Source of the DNA: Malacoraja senta
Lineage: Eukaryota
Length of the DNA stretch: 64,000 nt
Direction: 5' to 3'
Assembly (NCBI GenBank): GCA_038087875.1
Contig: CM075989.1
Coordinates: 13,580,001 to 13,644,000 of the forward strand
Shown: piece after piece, positions 26,101-38,100 of the stretch
Layout of the letters: each line of letters opens with the position of its first letter
Position numbering within the stretch: the stretch's first letter is position 1
Program-made: the position numbers and the translations under genes
Notes under the pieces: generated by a model
What the model saw: only the letters and a program-made list of their open reading frames with translations
Told to the model about the DNA's origin: nothing
Database searches by the model: none

Positions 26101-29100
26101 AGGCAACTTAACTTGCCTTTCTGTATTATTCTACTGGAGAAAAGCATGATTTGAGACTAAATATAAGCTGTAAGCTTTTCTTATATTTTTAACATAATTC
26201 AGCTTTATCACCATCTTTAGCTTATGCTTGTTTTGGGGGCTAGTCCCCTTCAGTTTTCTCTTCAGCATATAAAAGGCATGTTCAATTGGGTTCAGATCGG
26301 GTGATTGACTTGGCCACTCAAGAATTGACCATTTTTTAGCTTTGAAAAACTCCTTTAGCAGTATGTTTGGGATCACTGTCTTGCTGTAGACTTAACTGTC
26401 GGCCAATGAGTTTTGAGGCATTTGTTTGAACTTGAGCAGATAGGATGTGTCTATACACTTCAGAATACATTATGCTATTACTATCAGTAGTTGTATCATC
26501 AATGAAGATAAGTGAGCCAGTTCCTTCAGCAGCCATACATGCCCAGGGCATAACACCCCCACCACCGTGTTTCACAGATGAGGCGGTATGCTTTGGATCT
26601 TGGGCAGTTCCTTCTCTCCTCCATACTTTGCTCTTGCCATCACTCTGATATGTTAATCTTCGTCTCATCTGTCCACAAGACCTTTTTCCAGAACTGTGGT
26701 TGCTCTTTTAAGTACTTCTTGGCAAACTGTAACCTGGCCATCCTATTTTTGCGGCTAACCAGTGGTTTGCATCTTGCAGTGTAACCTCTGCAACTCTGTT
26801 CATGAAACCTTCTGCGGATAGTAGTCATTGACAAATCCACTCCTGAAGAGTGTTTCTGATCTGTCGGACATGTGTTTGGGGATTTTTCTTCATTATAGAG
26901 AGAATTCTTCTGTCATCAGCCGTGGAGGTCTTCCTTGTCCTGCCAGTCCCTTTGCGATTAGTAAGCTCACCGGTGCTCTCTTTCTTCTTAATGATGTTCC
27001 AAACAGTTGATTTTGGTAAGCCTAAGGTTTGGCTGATGTCTCTAACAGTTTTATTCTTGTTTCTCAGTCTCATAATGGCTTCTTTGACTTTAATTAGCAC
27101 AACTTTGTGTGTCCTCATGTTGATAAACAGCAATAAAATTTTCCAAAGGTGTTGGAAAGACTGGAGGAAATACTAGGTGCTGAGAGCTCCCTTATTTATA
27201 CCTGTATTAAGGAGTGATTTTAACACACCTGAGCCATTACAAACACCTGAAATGGGGGGACTATGTATAAACACTGCTGTAATTTCTACATTGTGAAACC
27301 AAAATGTATAAAAAATACCCTTTAATTAAATCTGATAATGTGCACTTTAACCACATGTGATTTTTTTTCTATTACAAATCCCAAATTGTGGAGTACAGAG
27401 GCAAATAAATAAATGATTGGTCTTTGTCCCAAACATTATGGAGGGCACTGTAGGTACTTTGGACTAATGCAAGCTGCAGTAAGATCTTGGAAGATGCATT
27501 CTGCATAAATTTAACATATTTGGGTTTTATTTATATCTCTTTGTTCATTACACAGGTAACATCCAGGGTAGGAGTTCCTCTATTGCTAGGATACATTCCA
27601 TGTCCATTGAAGCGCCAATTACCAAGGTAGAAATAACTAGAAGTCAGTACTGATGTAATTCATGCATTATCCAAGTTATTTTAAAGTGATTATATTGTAT
27701 TTAACTTTTCATAAAATGGTATGAAACTGATAATGAGTAGAATGGAATACATGCCGTGTATGCCGATTGCAGCTTTGCAATATTGGTGGTAATCTGCTTG
27801 CCTATAACTCGGGGACGTGAGTTGCCAATAGCGTCTTGGGTGCTGAATGTAAATAGCATATTAATTGGTTGAAATGCTTCCAAGGGGCTAATCAGTTTAT
27901 TACACTTCATTTTAAGGTAATGAATATAATAAATGTGGCGCAAGAGAACAGCTCTGAAGCAGTAGCTGCATCTTTGGAACGTGTGATGGATATTCTCCAA
28001 ACTCCAGAATTATACTCTCCACGGCTTGGACGCAATGAAGATGATCCACACACTAGTGATCTGGTTGATGGCCTGATGTCAGTAAGTTGAACTTGAACAA
28101 TATTCTTTAGAAATATTTTACAAAATTCTATCGAATATAATTAACTTTTAAGTGCTTTTGCTGGACTGGAAAAGACTGCAGATGCTGGAATCTTGAAGAA
28201 ACAACACGAACTCTGGGTCAGGCAGCATTTGTGGAGGCAATGGGTGTAAATTGACATTTTGGGTCAAGATCCTTCATCATGACTGAGAGGGAAGAGGAAA
28301 GTTTGCTAGGATATAACAGTATGGGAAAGGAAGGGGCAGGTAATGACGGGTGGAACCAGATGGGTTGCAAGTAGATATGCAGCCAGGTGAGGGAGGGGAT
28401 GGTAGAGGTACAAACGGAAAAGAAAACTGGGTACTTGGGTGAGTGTTTGTTGGAGGAGAACACCAGAGAACAACTCCAATTGTATATCATTTGAACTCTC
28501 TCTCCACACTGATCTATCTATCCTCTGACTTCTCCATTGCTACAGAGGCCAGAGTCTCTCGTATTCTACCTGGGTAATTTACAGTCCAATGGAATGACGA
28601 TTGAATAGTCAAATTCAATTAATCCGCTGCCCTGTTCTCCCACATACACTCACCTGAGCACTTAGCTTTTTTTTCCCTTTGTTCACTCCTTCCCATCTCA
28701 AAGAGATTCATAGAGTCTTACAGTATGGAAATGGACCCTTCAGCCCAACTTGCGAACACTCACCAACATGTCCCATCTACACTAATCCTACCTGCCTGCA
28801 TTTGGCACATCTGTATTACTAAAAGTAAGATCATGACCGCTTTTGACTCACTGCGATGTGATTTCCGAGAGAACGCCGCCACTTATGGCCGCCATTTTTG
28901 GCCACCTCGCTCAGAGCCCCCCTCCGCCGGACTGGACCGGAGGATTGTTCCCATCGATGAAAAATCTGGGAGATATTAATGTTTTAAAACAATTTGCCAT
29001 TCTCTCTGCTGCCCCCGCTGGCGGCAGGGGGGAGGGACTATATAACCCGGAAGTGTCGTGGCTCACTCAGTCTCTGCCAGATGGAGAAAGCGAGAGGTTC

Positions 29101-32100
29101 ACGGCACGGGCGAATAACACTGAACGCACGTCTACTCCACGGTGAGTCCCCGGGATGTGTTTTTCAGGAAATGTGTTTGTTGTTTGCAAAATGTTTGCCC
29201 AATTGGGTTGGCTTTTTAAAGGGCTTTCAGCAAATGTGTTTTGTTGGCTTGCAAAGTGTTTTTGTCCAATTGGCTTGGCTTTTAAAGGGCTTGCTTGCAA
29301 CAGTTTTCGGATGGATAAAGCGTGAATAAACATTTTATTAGATCAGGACTGTGTTTAATTTCAAAATTGGCGCTCATTCTGTGATTTTCGCTTAGTTGCA
29401 AGATGGCGCCGATGACGTCAATTCCGGTTAGCGGCATGCTGGCGCTGAGTGCGTCATTTCCGGTTCGTGGCAAGAAGCGAGAGGGTGACGTCAAGATGGC
29501 GCCGAGTGCAGGCACCGTTGAATAATTCAAGAGAGCTGACTGCTCTGTGTGTGTGTGTGAATGAGTCTGTGTGTGTGAATGAGTCTGTGTGTGTGAATGA
29601 GTCTGTGTGTGTGTGTGAATGTGTGTGTGTGCGTGAGAGTCTGAATATTGCGTTGGGTGACCAGCCCCTCCCGTGTGATGCTGGGACCCAACGGGTACCA
29701 CTTAGTCTAGTATCCCTCTAAACCTGTCCTAGCCATGTACCTGTCTAATTGTTTCTTAACGCCCTTGTCCATCTAAATGCATGTATATCCTATCCCTCAG
29801 AATACACTCTAGCAACTTTCTGACCACAGATGTTAAGCTCACTGGCCTGTAGTTCCCAGCCTTTTCCCTGCAGCCCTTCTTGAATAGAGGCACAACAATT
29901 GCCCCCCCCCCCAGTCTTCCAGCACCTCGCCTGTATTTAATGACTACTCATAAATCTCAGCCAGGAAATCTGGTTCCACTTACAATACTAGCTCTGTTCA
30001 CTCCATCCAGTTCCATCTGCTTATCAAGCTCTCCTGATGTGATTCCATGGATCACTTGCGATTCTCTGTCCCACCTTCACTCATACAGCTATATACAGGC
30101 AATCCATCCTCTTTCCTCTGTCCTAGTGTAGGGTTTTGACCTGAAACATCAACTTGCATCTTTTTCCTTCCCAGATGCTGCTTGATCTGCTGAGTTCTTC
30201 TAGCGTTCCATTTTTGAAACTCAAGGAAACATTCAAGCTTTTATTACCTGCCTCACTTCTATCCCGACCTGTTTATTTTAGCACTAAATCAACAATCAAT
30301 TTAAATTTGATTTAACCCACCCTGCGTTTAGTAATCACTAATGACATTTTTAAAGCTCTTGAGTTCTAAAAAATCTCTGAGTGTCATAGTCACACAGTGT
30401 GTTGTGCAACATGGAAGCAGACCCTTTAGCCCAACGTGTCCAGGTCAATCAATTTGCCTAACCATGCTAGTGCCACTATATCTGCCCCGTATCTGTCTAA
30501 ACCCTTCCTACCCATGCAATTGTCTTTTAAATGTTATAATTGTACCTTCGCCTACCACTTCCTCACCCAGCCTGTTCTGTATATGGATTGCCCTCAAGAG
30601 GAGAAAGTTGCCCCGTGGGACCCTTTTAAATTTGTTTCCCTCTCAACTTTAAATCTATGCACTCTAGCTTTAGACCACCCTAGCATGAGGAAAAGGCTGT
30701 GGCTATTCACCTTTCCTCTGCCCCTCCTGTTTTTATAAACATCTAGAAGGTCCCCCCCACACCCCCCCCCCATCCTCAAGCCTCCTAAGCTTTTAAAAAG
30801 ATGATGTCCAATTCCTGTACTCTAAACACCGACCAATTAAAACAAGCGTCCCAAATATTGTCTTCACCAGCCTTCTACTTGTGTCCCCACTTCCATGGAA
30901 TATGTACTTGCACCCCTAGACCTCTATTCTACACTACTCCCCAAGGACTTGTGTGTGAACTAGAGTTTCATTTTTCCAGAAGAAGAATCAAATGCAGCAT
31001 AAGGTCATACTCATGAAATTAGAGGCAACCAAATAAATCATGCAATAATCATAGAAAAAATTAATACACGTAGACCATGCAAATTAAATTAGAAATAACT
31101 GTATAAAGATCAATAATAGTGTAAAGAATAATAGAATACAAATTTAAGCAATATCCTTGACGAGTAGGATTAAGGCAAATCAAAGTCATTCTGTGGGCAT
31201 GTTAAGAGCAAGAAGATAGCCAGGATAGTCTGCTTGATGATTAAAACTGTTAATCTGTTTGCGGAGCCAGCGAATGGATGCCGATTAGGTCCAAAATGAA
31301 AACTACCTATCTAGGCATAGATTACAGAAGACAATGTTTAGAAATGAGTGAAAGGATAGTCTTGAGCTTATCAGTATTAAGAAGGCAGTTATTGGCTGTT
31401 TTGCCACATTGAAAGGTGGACAAATTCCCAAAGCTGGATGAGATTTATCCCAGAATGCTATCGGAAACAAACAAGATTTTTGCATATTTCCTAGCTACAG
31501 ACGAGGTACCAGAAGACTAGAGGATGGTCAATAATATTTCTCTATTTAAGAAGGGCAGAAGGGAGAGACTGCTTCTAATACAGTTACAAAAGATTTTAAG
31601 ATACTGCTTAATCCAATTTACCAAGATCATTTCATGGCCCCTTTTTGCCTTCCTTTCTCTCCTATAATGCTCTGTTCCTTAATGTTGCTGGATGTGAAAG
31701 TTAGATTAGAGAGTAATAAATGAGAGAATGATTGCTTTTGGAATTGGCATAGACTCTGGGCCTAATGATCTCTTGTGGTCAGGAAATATGGGAAGGACCT
31801 GGAGTGGTTTAAGATGGCTGCTCACGACCACGCCTACTCCACGACGTTTATGGGTTCAGCGACAATTGCTCACCTTACAGTCACAGCTAGATTCTGTAAA
31901 ATGAATAAGTAAATAAACAAAATATTGCAATTGGATTTGAAAACAAAAGTCTGGCTTGCTGTATCTAGAACCCAAGAGTCTCAACCTCTAAAAGGTGTCA
32001 GTCATTCAGGGCAGAGATGGGAATATATTTTTTCCCCTCTGAGGGTGATGAATTTTCTACACAAGAAGGCTGTGGAGGCAGAATTGCAGAATATCAAGCC

Positions 32101-35100
32101 AGATATCAGTTCTTAGTTACCAAAGAATATGGGATTACTGCAGGAAAGTGGTACTGAAGTAAATGGTTAGCTGTGATCGGGTACAAGTCAATAATGGCCT
32201 ACTTCTATTTCATATAAGAATCTTGGGAGCCTCTGGTGAGCAGTGGGAGTACATCCAAAGGAGCTATCCCTTAGTGTGTGGTCATCACTGCTGAGCTGTG
32301 CTGGCACTCTATTGACTTTTGTGAGCTCTCTGCTCTCATCTAGGACCATAAAGTTCTGTGTACAATTTTGAAAGCAGGAGCCTGCTTGTGTGAGAGAGTA
32401 ACTTAATTAGTCAGGCTTCCTGATTTTCACTGCTGTGTGATGGTTTTTGTTGTCCACCCAATAATCGGGATAGTAAACTCTGCACGATAGAATAATGTGT
32501 AATCATTCAACCTTCAGTAAGTATCAGAAGGCTTGAGGCTCTGCACCATCTTTACCAGTGATGCTGCCGATATAGGTGTAGGAAAGGGGTGGGGGGGGGG
32601 GGAATAAATGAAACAACATAGATGCTGCCTCAGTATAGGTTTAGTCTCTGACCAAATGTTGGTATACTTCTGAAACAAAATGGCCGACTCTTCAGTTGCT
32701 CTTTCATAATGGTGAGAGCAGTGCATCACATCCCAGATCTGACACAACAAAATTTCCTTCTGAGTGCTGAGGAATTGATCCATCTTACTTGAAATGGGGC
32801 TCCAGCCAAGCCTTCTGTGGTCTTGAGTTCTCAGATGTTGCAGTCTTCTCTGAGCTGCTTAATATTTTACCAAATGGGCGGAGAGATGTCGACTATTTAG
32901 TGTTTCCATAATCTCTAGCAAACAAAGATGTGACAACTATGCTCGGGAATGACCGCTGAACCTGTTGGTCTGGGTACCCATACTGACTGTTGACTGATAC
33001 TTGTCAAATGCTGAAAGCACATTCAACAGGAATGCAACATTTTTGAGGTCTCATGTACAAAATTATTGAGTGATGTCATGACCATTGTAACTTTCCTCTC
33101 TTGATGCCTGTAGGGTAGCTTGCGGACACTAGGTGGACGCGTGAATGCCTTCAAAAGTAAGTTGGTCTAGTTTCATCTTTGTGAATTCCCTATTTGGTTT
33201 TTGCAAGAGCTTTTCATTGCATTTATTACCAAGGGTCTATAGATATTAATTTGGACGGGTTTGTTGTGATCAGGCATGTGCCGTCAGAGTAGGCAAGGTA
33301 GGCACTGCCTATCCTGACTAAAATAATAAAATGGTAATTATTAAATATAAATAGTAAAGGCATGGGAGAATAATGCCTACCTAAGAGATCGATCTCTTAG
33401 GTGGGCATAATTCTCCGTGCCTTTCATTCGCAGTACATGTAACACACAAAGGTCTGTGCAGTTGACGTGCCGTCGACGCTGCTTCAAGCCGTCAATTTCC
33501 AGGGTACTGAAGGCAACTGAAATTCTGCCTCTGCAGTACTGCGCATGCGCATCAGCATACTGCGCATGCGCAGTGCAAGTTTCTTGGTGGGTTTTTCAAA
33601 CATGGATTGCCATTATCTTAAGAGTATCTTAAGAAACAAAGAGAGAAGAATGGAGTTTGTGTACAAATGATGTGGTAAGTAAATTTCTTGGTGCTATATG
33701 TTTTTAAATACCATATTTCCCGGCAATGAAGACGCTATTCTTTACCCAAAAATAAGGCACGAAAATTTACATGTGTCTTGGAAGCTGAAGTTGGAAGGTT
33801 GTTAGCCAAGAAAGATAGATTTGGCTATCCATCAGTACAGCAACATCAAGAATGATGTTGTTGTACTGAGGGATAGCGAAGTCTATCCCTCATTGCTGGC
33901 AGCTGATGGGAAGCGGCTGTAAAAGGACAGCGCCGCTGAGGAGGGGAGAGTTCCTTTCACAGCGTGTGGGCAGTCTGCCCCGGGGTAAAGTTGCGGGGAG
34001 GGCAGGAGCATTGAGAAGGAGGGGGTCGGGGATCATGCCAGCAACTCACTTGCCGTGACGCTCCCCGCATTGTGGCCGGGGGGAGAAGTAGCTCGGGTGG
34101 CTGCGAGCGGCCACCGGGACCGGACAGCGGAACCGGCCGCCACCTCAGCTCCTTCTGCCGGCCCCCGCTCACCTCTGGCAGTGCTCTAGTCTGAAAACCT
34201 CTCTCCTGCTGTTCGCCGGCCTCACTCATGTCAGCCGCTTCCCGCAAATCCTTAAATTCCGACAGCGCGATCAAGGGACCAATTGAGGTTACTCGGCTGT
34301 CGGAATTTAAGGATTTGCGGGAAGCGGCAGACAAGAGCGAAGCCGGCGAGCGGCAGGTGAGAGATGTTCAGACGGAGAGCACTGCCAGAGGTGAGCGGGC
34401 CGGCAGAAGGCGCTGAGGTGGCATCCAGTTTCGCTGTCCGGTCCCGAGACCACTCGCAGCCACCCGAGCTGCTTTCCTCCCCGGCCACAATGCGGTGGCT
34501 CTGCGCCCGGAGCGCCGCGGCAGTGGTGAGTGAGTGAGTTACTGGCATGATCCCCGACCCCCTCCTTCTCAACGCTCCTGCCCTCCCCGCAACTTCACCC
34601 CTGGCCAGACTCCCCACACGCTGTGAAAGGAACTCTCCCCCCAATTGGTCCCTTGAACAAGTATTGTCATTCAATACGATCACAACTGATTCAACTTGTC
34701 CCGGTGTGCTCCCGTTTTTCCCACCATCTCTCCACTGCCGTCACCTTCCACCCCCCACCCATTCAGTAATTCAGAATGAAGGAGATTTGGAAGCCTTGGG
34801 CAAATTGCTTTCTTTCTTTTTATTTTTTTGAGCGTGAGAAATTCTATTTCCCGCCAGCCTTCTTTCAAAATTTAGCAACTCAAAATGAGGGTGCGTTTTC
34901 ATTGCTGGGAAATACGGTACTTTATTAAGAGATTTGGCTTTTGAAGACTTTATAAAAGTCGACTGACAGCTTACGGAGAGAACAATCTGCGCATGGGCGG
35001 ATTAAGATTTTTTAAAAGCTGACTGACTGCCCACCCTGAGTAATTATTCACGGCATGTGCCTGGTTGTGATAAAGGGACAATGGGACAAGGAGTGTCCCT

Positions 35101-38100
35101 TCTAGTCTGTTCCACTCTTGTTAGATTATGACTGATATATAATTTAACTCCATTTACCCACACTTACTCAGTGTCGCTGGATGTTTTGGCCTAACTTATA
35201 AATCGTGGTCATTAGAATTTTAATTGACCCAGTGTCTGCAGGCTTTATGAGGGCATAAACCATAATTTTCCACTACCTTGTGTATGGTAAATGTCTTTGC
35301 ATCTAAATGATGTAGCTAATTTTAAAAATGGGATTAGAGCAATGCTTCTTAATTTATCTTAATACTCAGTGAGATAAAGACCATCATGCCATTAATCTTT
35401 GATTATTTTTTAACAGAATAGCTTTTAATTGTTTGTCTATCTGGTAACCTAAGTCCCTGTGCATTTCTGGAGCTCTTCTCTCAGAACAGCTGGAAGCCAT
35501 TTTGCTTCCCGAACTTATTGGTTAGATCATGATTGAGCTGCATATTTAACTCTATCTAATTCCTTCCATAACAAAGAATAGGGTTTTGGTAAAGTTCTTA
35601 ACTTGCCTGACTAGTCACTGTAGCGTGGAATATAATGTAAAGAAGTATGTTCAAATTACACCTCAGCAATTGGGGAAATTTAAATTTAACTTTGATCATC
35701 TTAAATATCCCAACCTACGCCCTGTACATTTTGTTAACGGTTGTAGGACAGCATTTGGTAACTGTTTGTGAGCTTTTATCAAGTGCCTTCTGGAAGCCCA
35801 TGCGTATAACATGCATTGATACTCTTTTACTTACCGGATGTGTTTCTGAAACAAATCTTGTAGAATTTCTTAACTTTAAATCCATTTTGTACTAGTAACC
35901 TCAGGGTTACTAGTACAAAAAATAAGCTGTTGTCTCTACTAGCAGTCGACTAATAAGCATTTGATTTCTGAAGAAGGGTCTCGACCTGAAACGTCACCCA
36001 TTCCTTCTTTCCAGAGATGCTGTCTGTCCCGCTGAGTTACTCCAGCATTTTGTCCATCTTTGGTTTAAACCAGCAACTGCAGTTCCTTCATACACATATG
36101 ATTTTGGTGTCTTTATTCCTAATTTGAATAACGTTGTTCACCATCAATAAAATATATTCATTTATCTTCCCTGAATCCAAATTGAAGTCCTTGCAGATTC
36201 AATATCAATTACAATTACAATTACAATTTAGTTTATTGTCATTTGAACCTCAAATGAAGTTCAAACGAAATTTGGTTTCTGCAGTCATACAACAAAAATA
36301 AACAATTAACAACCAACACAGTTCATACAAACATCCATCACAGTGAATCTCCTCCTCACTGTGATGGAAGGCAAAGTCTTGTCTCTCCTCTGCTCTCCAT
36401 TCTTCTCCCGATGTCAAAGCCCCCGGCAGGCGATGGTAAGTCCCGCGGCCGTTAAGGCCGCGCCGGGCGATGTAAGGCCCCACTCCGAGTATTGATGTTG
36501 GAGCTCCCGGCGGGCGCTGGCAAGTCCCGCGGCCGTTAAAGCCGCGCCGGGCGATGTAAGGCCCCGCTCCGGGTCGTTTTCAATCCCGCAATTCGGGCGG
36601 GAGAAGTTGCCGTTGCGGGAGCTCCGAAAAGCGGTCTCCCACCAGGGACCCGCGAGCTCCCGATGTTACCGTCCACTGGGCCTGTGGCTGGAGCCCCCGA
36701 AGCTCCGGAGCCGGGCCGCAGCCACGCGCCACCACGGCTCTCCACGCTCCGAAGCCGGCCAGCTCCATGATGGTAAGTCCGCAGGCTCCGCGACTGGAGC
36801 CCCCAGGTCGTTCCGGTTGGAGGCCGCTCCACGGTGCTAGGCCCCAACGACAACGGAGACCTGACAGAAAAGGTCGGATCCCCCGTACAGGGAAGAGATT
36901 TAAAAGTTTCCCCCACCCATCCCCCGCCCCCCACACATACACAGTTAAAAACAATTTATAAACCACTACAAACTATACACTCAACGGGACAAAATTTAAA
37001 AAAGACAGATGGACTGCAGAGGCCGCTGCAAACGTTGGTCTCGCCGCCTCCAAAAAGCTATGTTTATCAAACTCCCATCTCTCAACTCCTTTGCACTGTC
37101 AATGTGCCTTGTAGCTTTTCTGCTTGATCTAAGCAACTTTCTACACTACCGAACCTGGCATGAGTCGTGTGAATGAAAAAACTGCAGATGCTTGAAATCC
37201 GAAATAAAACAGAATGCTGGAAATACTCAGCAGGTCAGCAGCATCTCTGGAAAAGGACAAAGGACAAAGGACATTTATTGTCACATACACCAAATGATGT
37301 AGTGAAATTTGTTCTTGCCATGCAGCACAAATAGACACAACATTAAAGAAATTTAACATAAAACATAAAAACATCCCCCCACAATGGATCCCACTGTGGG
37401 GGAAGGCACAAAGTCCAGTCCATAATCCCCTTGTCCACCCATAGTCTGGCCTATATAGGCCTCCACAGTCGCCGCTATGGGGGCCGATGTTACAGGCCCT
37501 TCTTCGCCGGGTGATGGTGCTCCGGCGTCGGGAGAACCCTCTCAGCAGCTTGGGACACCTGGAACGGCCGTCTCACTGCTGGAGTCCGCGGCTTCCGAAG
37601 CCGACAGGCCGCGCTCGATGGAGCTCCACCACTGGCCATCTCGTCGCGAGATCCCAGGCTCCCGATGTAAAGTTCAGCGCCGCCGCCCGCAGCTGAACGC
37701 TCCACAGACCTGCAGCTCCGCTATGTTCACCGGCGGTCCCAGCTCACCGGAGTTCCAGCGCGGCGACCCGGGCAAGGCATCGCCCGCTCCGCTCCGCGAT
37801 AGCGCTCCAGCGCTGTGCCGCCGCCGAAGCCGAGGTTCTGGGCGGTCCCCTCGGGAAACGCCGCTCCAGGCCCGCTGGTAGGCCGCGAGGACAGGTCGAA
37901 AGTGCAGCCCGGAGAAAAGCTGCCTCTCTGACCAGGTAGGGACCCTAGAAAGTAGTTTCCCCCTTCCCCCCCCACATAAAAAAGAATAGAACTCCTAAAA
38001 AACAAAACAACTAACTAACTAAAAATAAAAAATAAAAAGATGAAAACGGACAGCTGCAGGCTGGGCAGCCATACCACACAGGACGGCGCCCCCTACACAA

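Larger units (their letters stand above)
20950..26210 (-). mobile_element. Endogenous retrovirus, class I/epsilon-like, internally deleted provirus
   Basis: Two 711-bp TG…CA LTRs, 4-bp TSD CCAT (20946-49, 26211-14), tRNA-Ser-like PBS, polypurine tract, gag/RNase H/integrase remnants. Confidence 0.93.
20575..27450 (-). mobile_element. Tc1-family (IR/DR type) DNA transposon with frameshifted transposase, split by an ERV
   Basis: About 200-bp TIRs (CAGAGCTCTCCATAATGTTTGGGACA…/…TGTCCCAAACATTATGGAGGGCACTG) with an internal direct repeat; TA on both sides (20573-74, 27451-52); transposase pieces [32 protein letters not shown] at about 26200-27133. Confidence 0.95.

Noticed and set aside
29545..29642. 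Regularly spaced repeats resembling an array
   Set aside because: Simple TG-based minisatellite without unique spacers; not CRISPR, and the context is eukaryotic.
33957..34416. Opposite-strand ORFs both starting [13 protein letters not shown]
   Set aside because: Consequence of the inverted repeat, not coding.
36250..38005. Overlapping Arg/Pro/Gly-rich ORFs (also 43422-43977)
   Set aside because: Expected from stop-poor GC-rich repeats; no domain signature.
38045..38096. 5' head of GC-rich elements as another HDV-like ribozyme
   Set aside because: Only a simple hairpin is evident; P2/P3/L3 and J4/2 could not be assigned.
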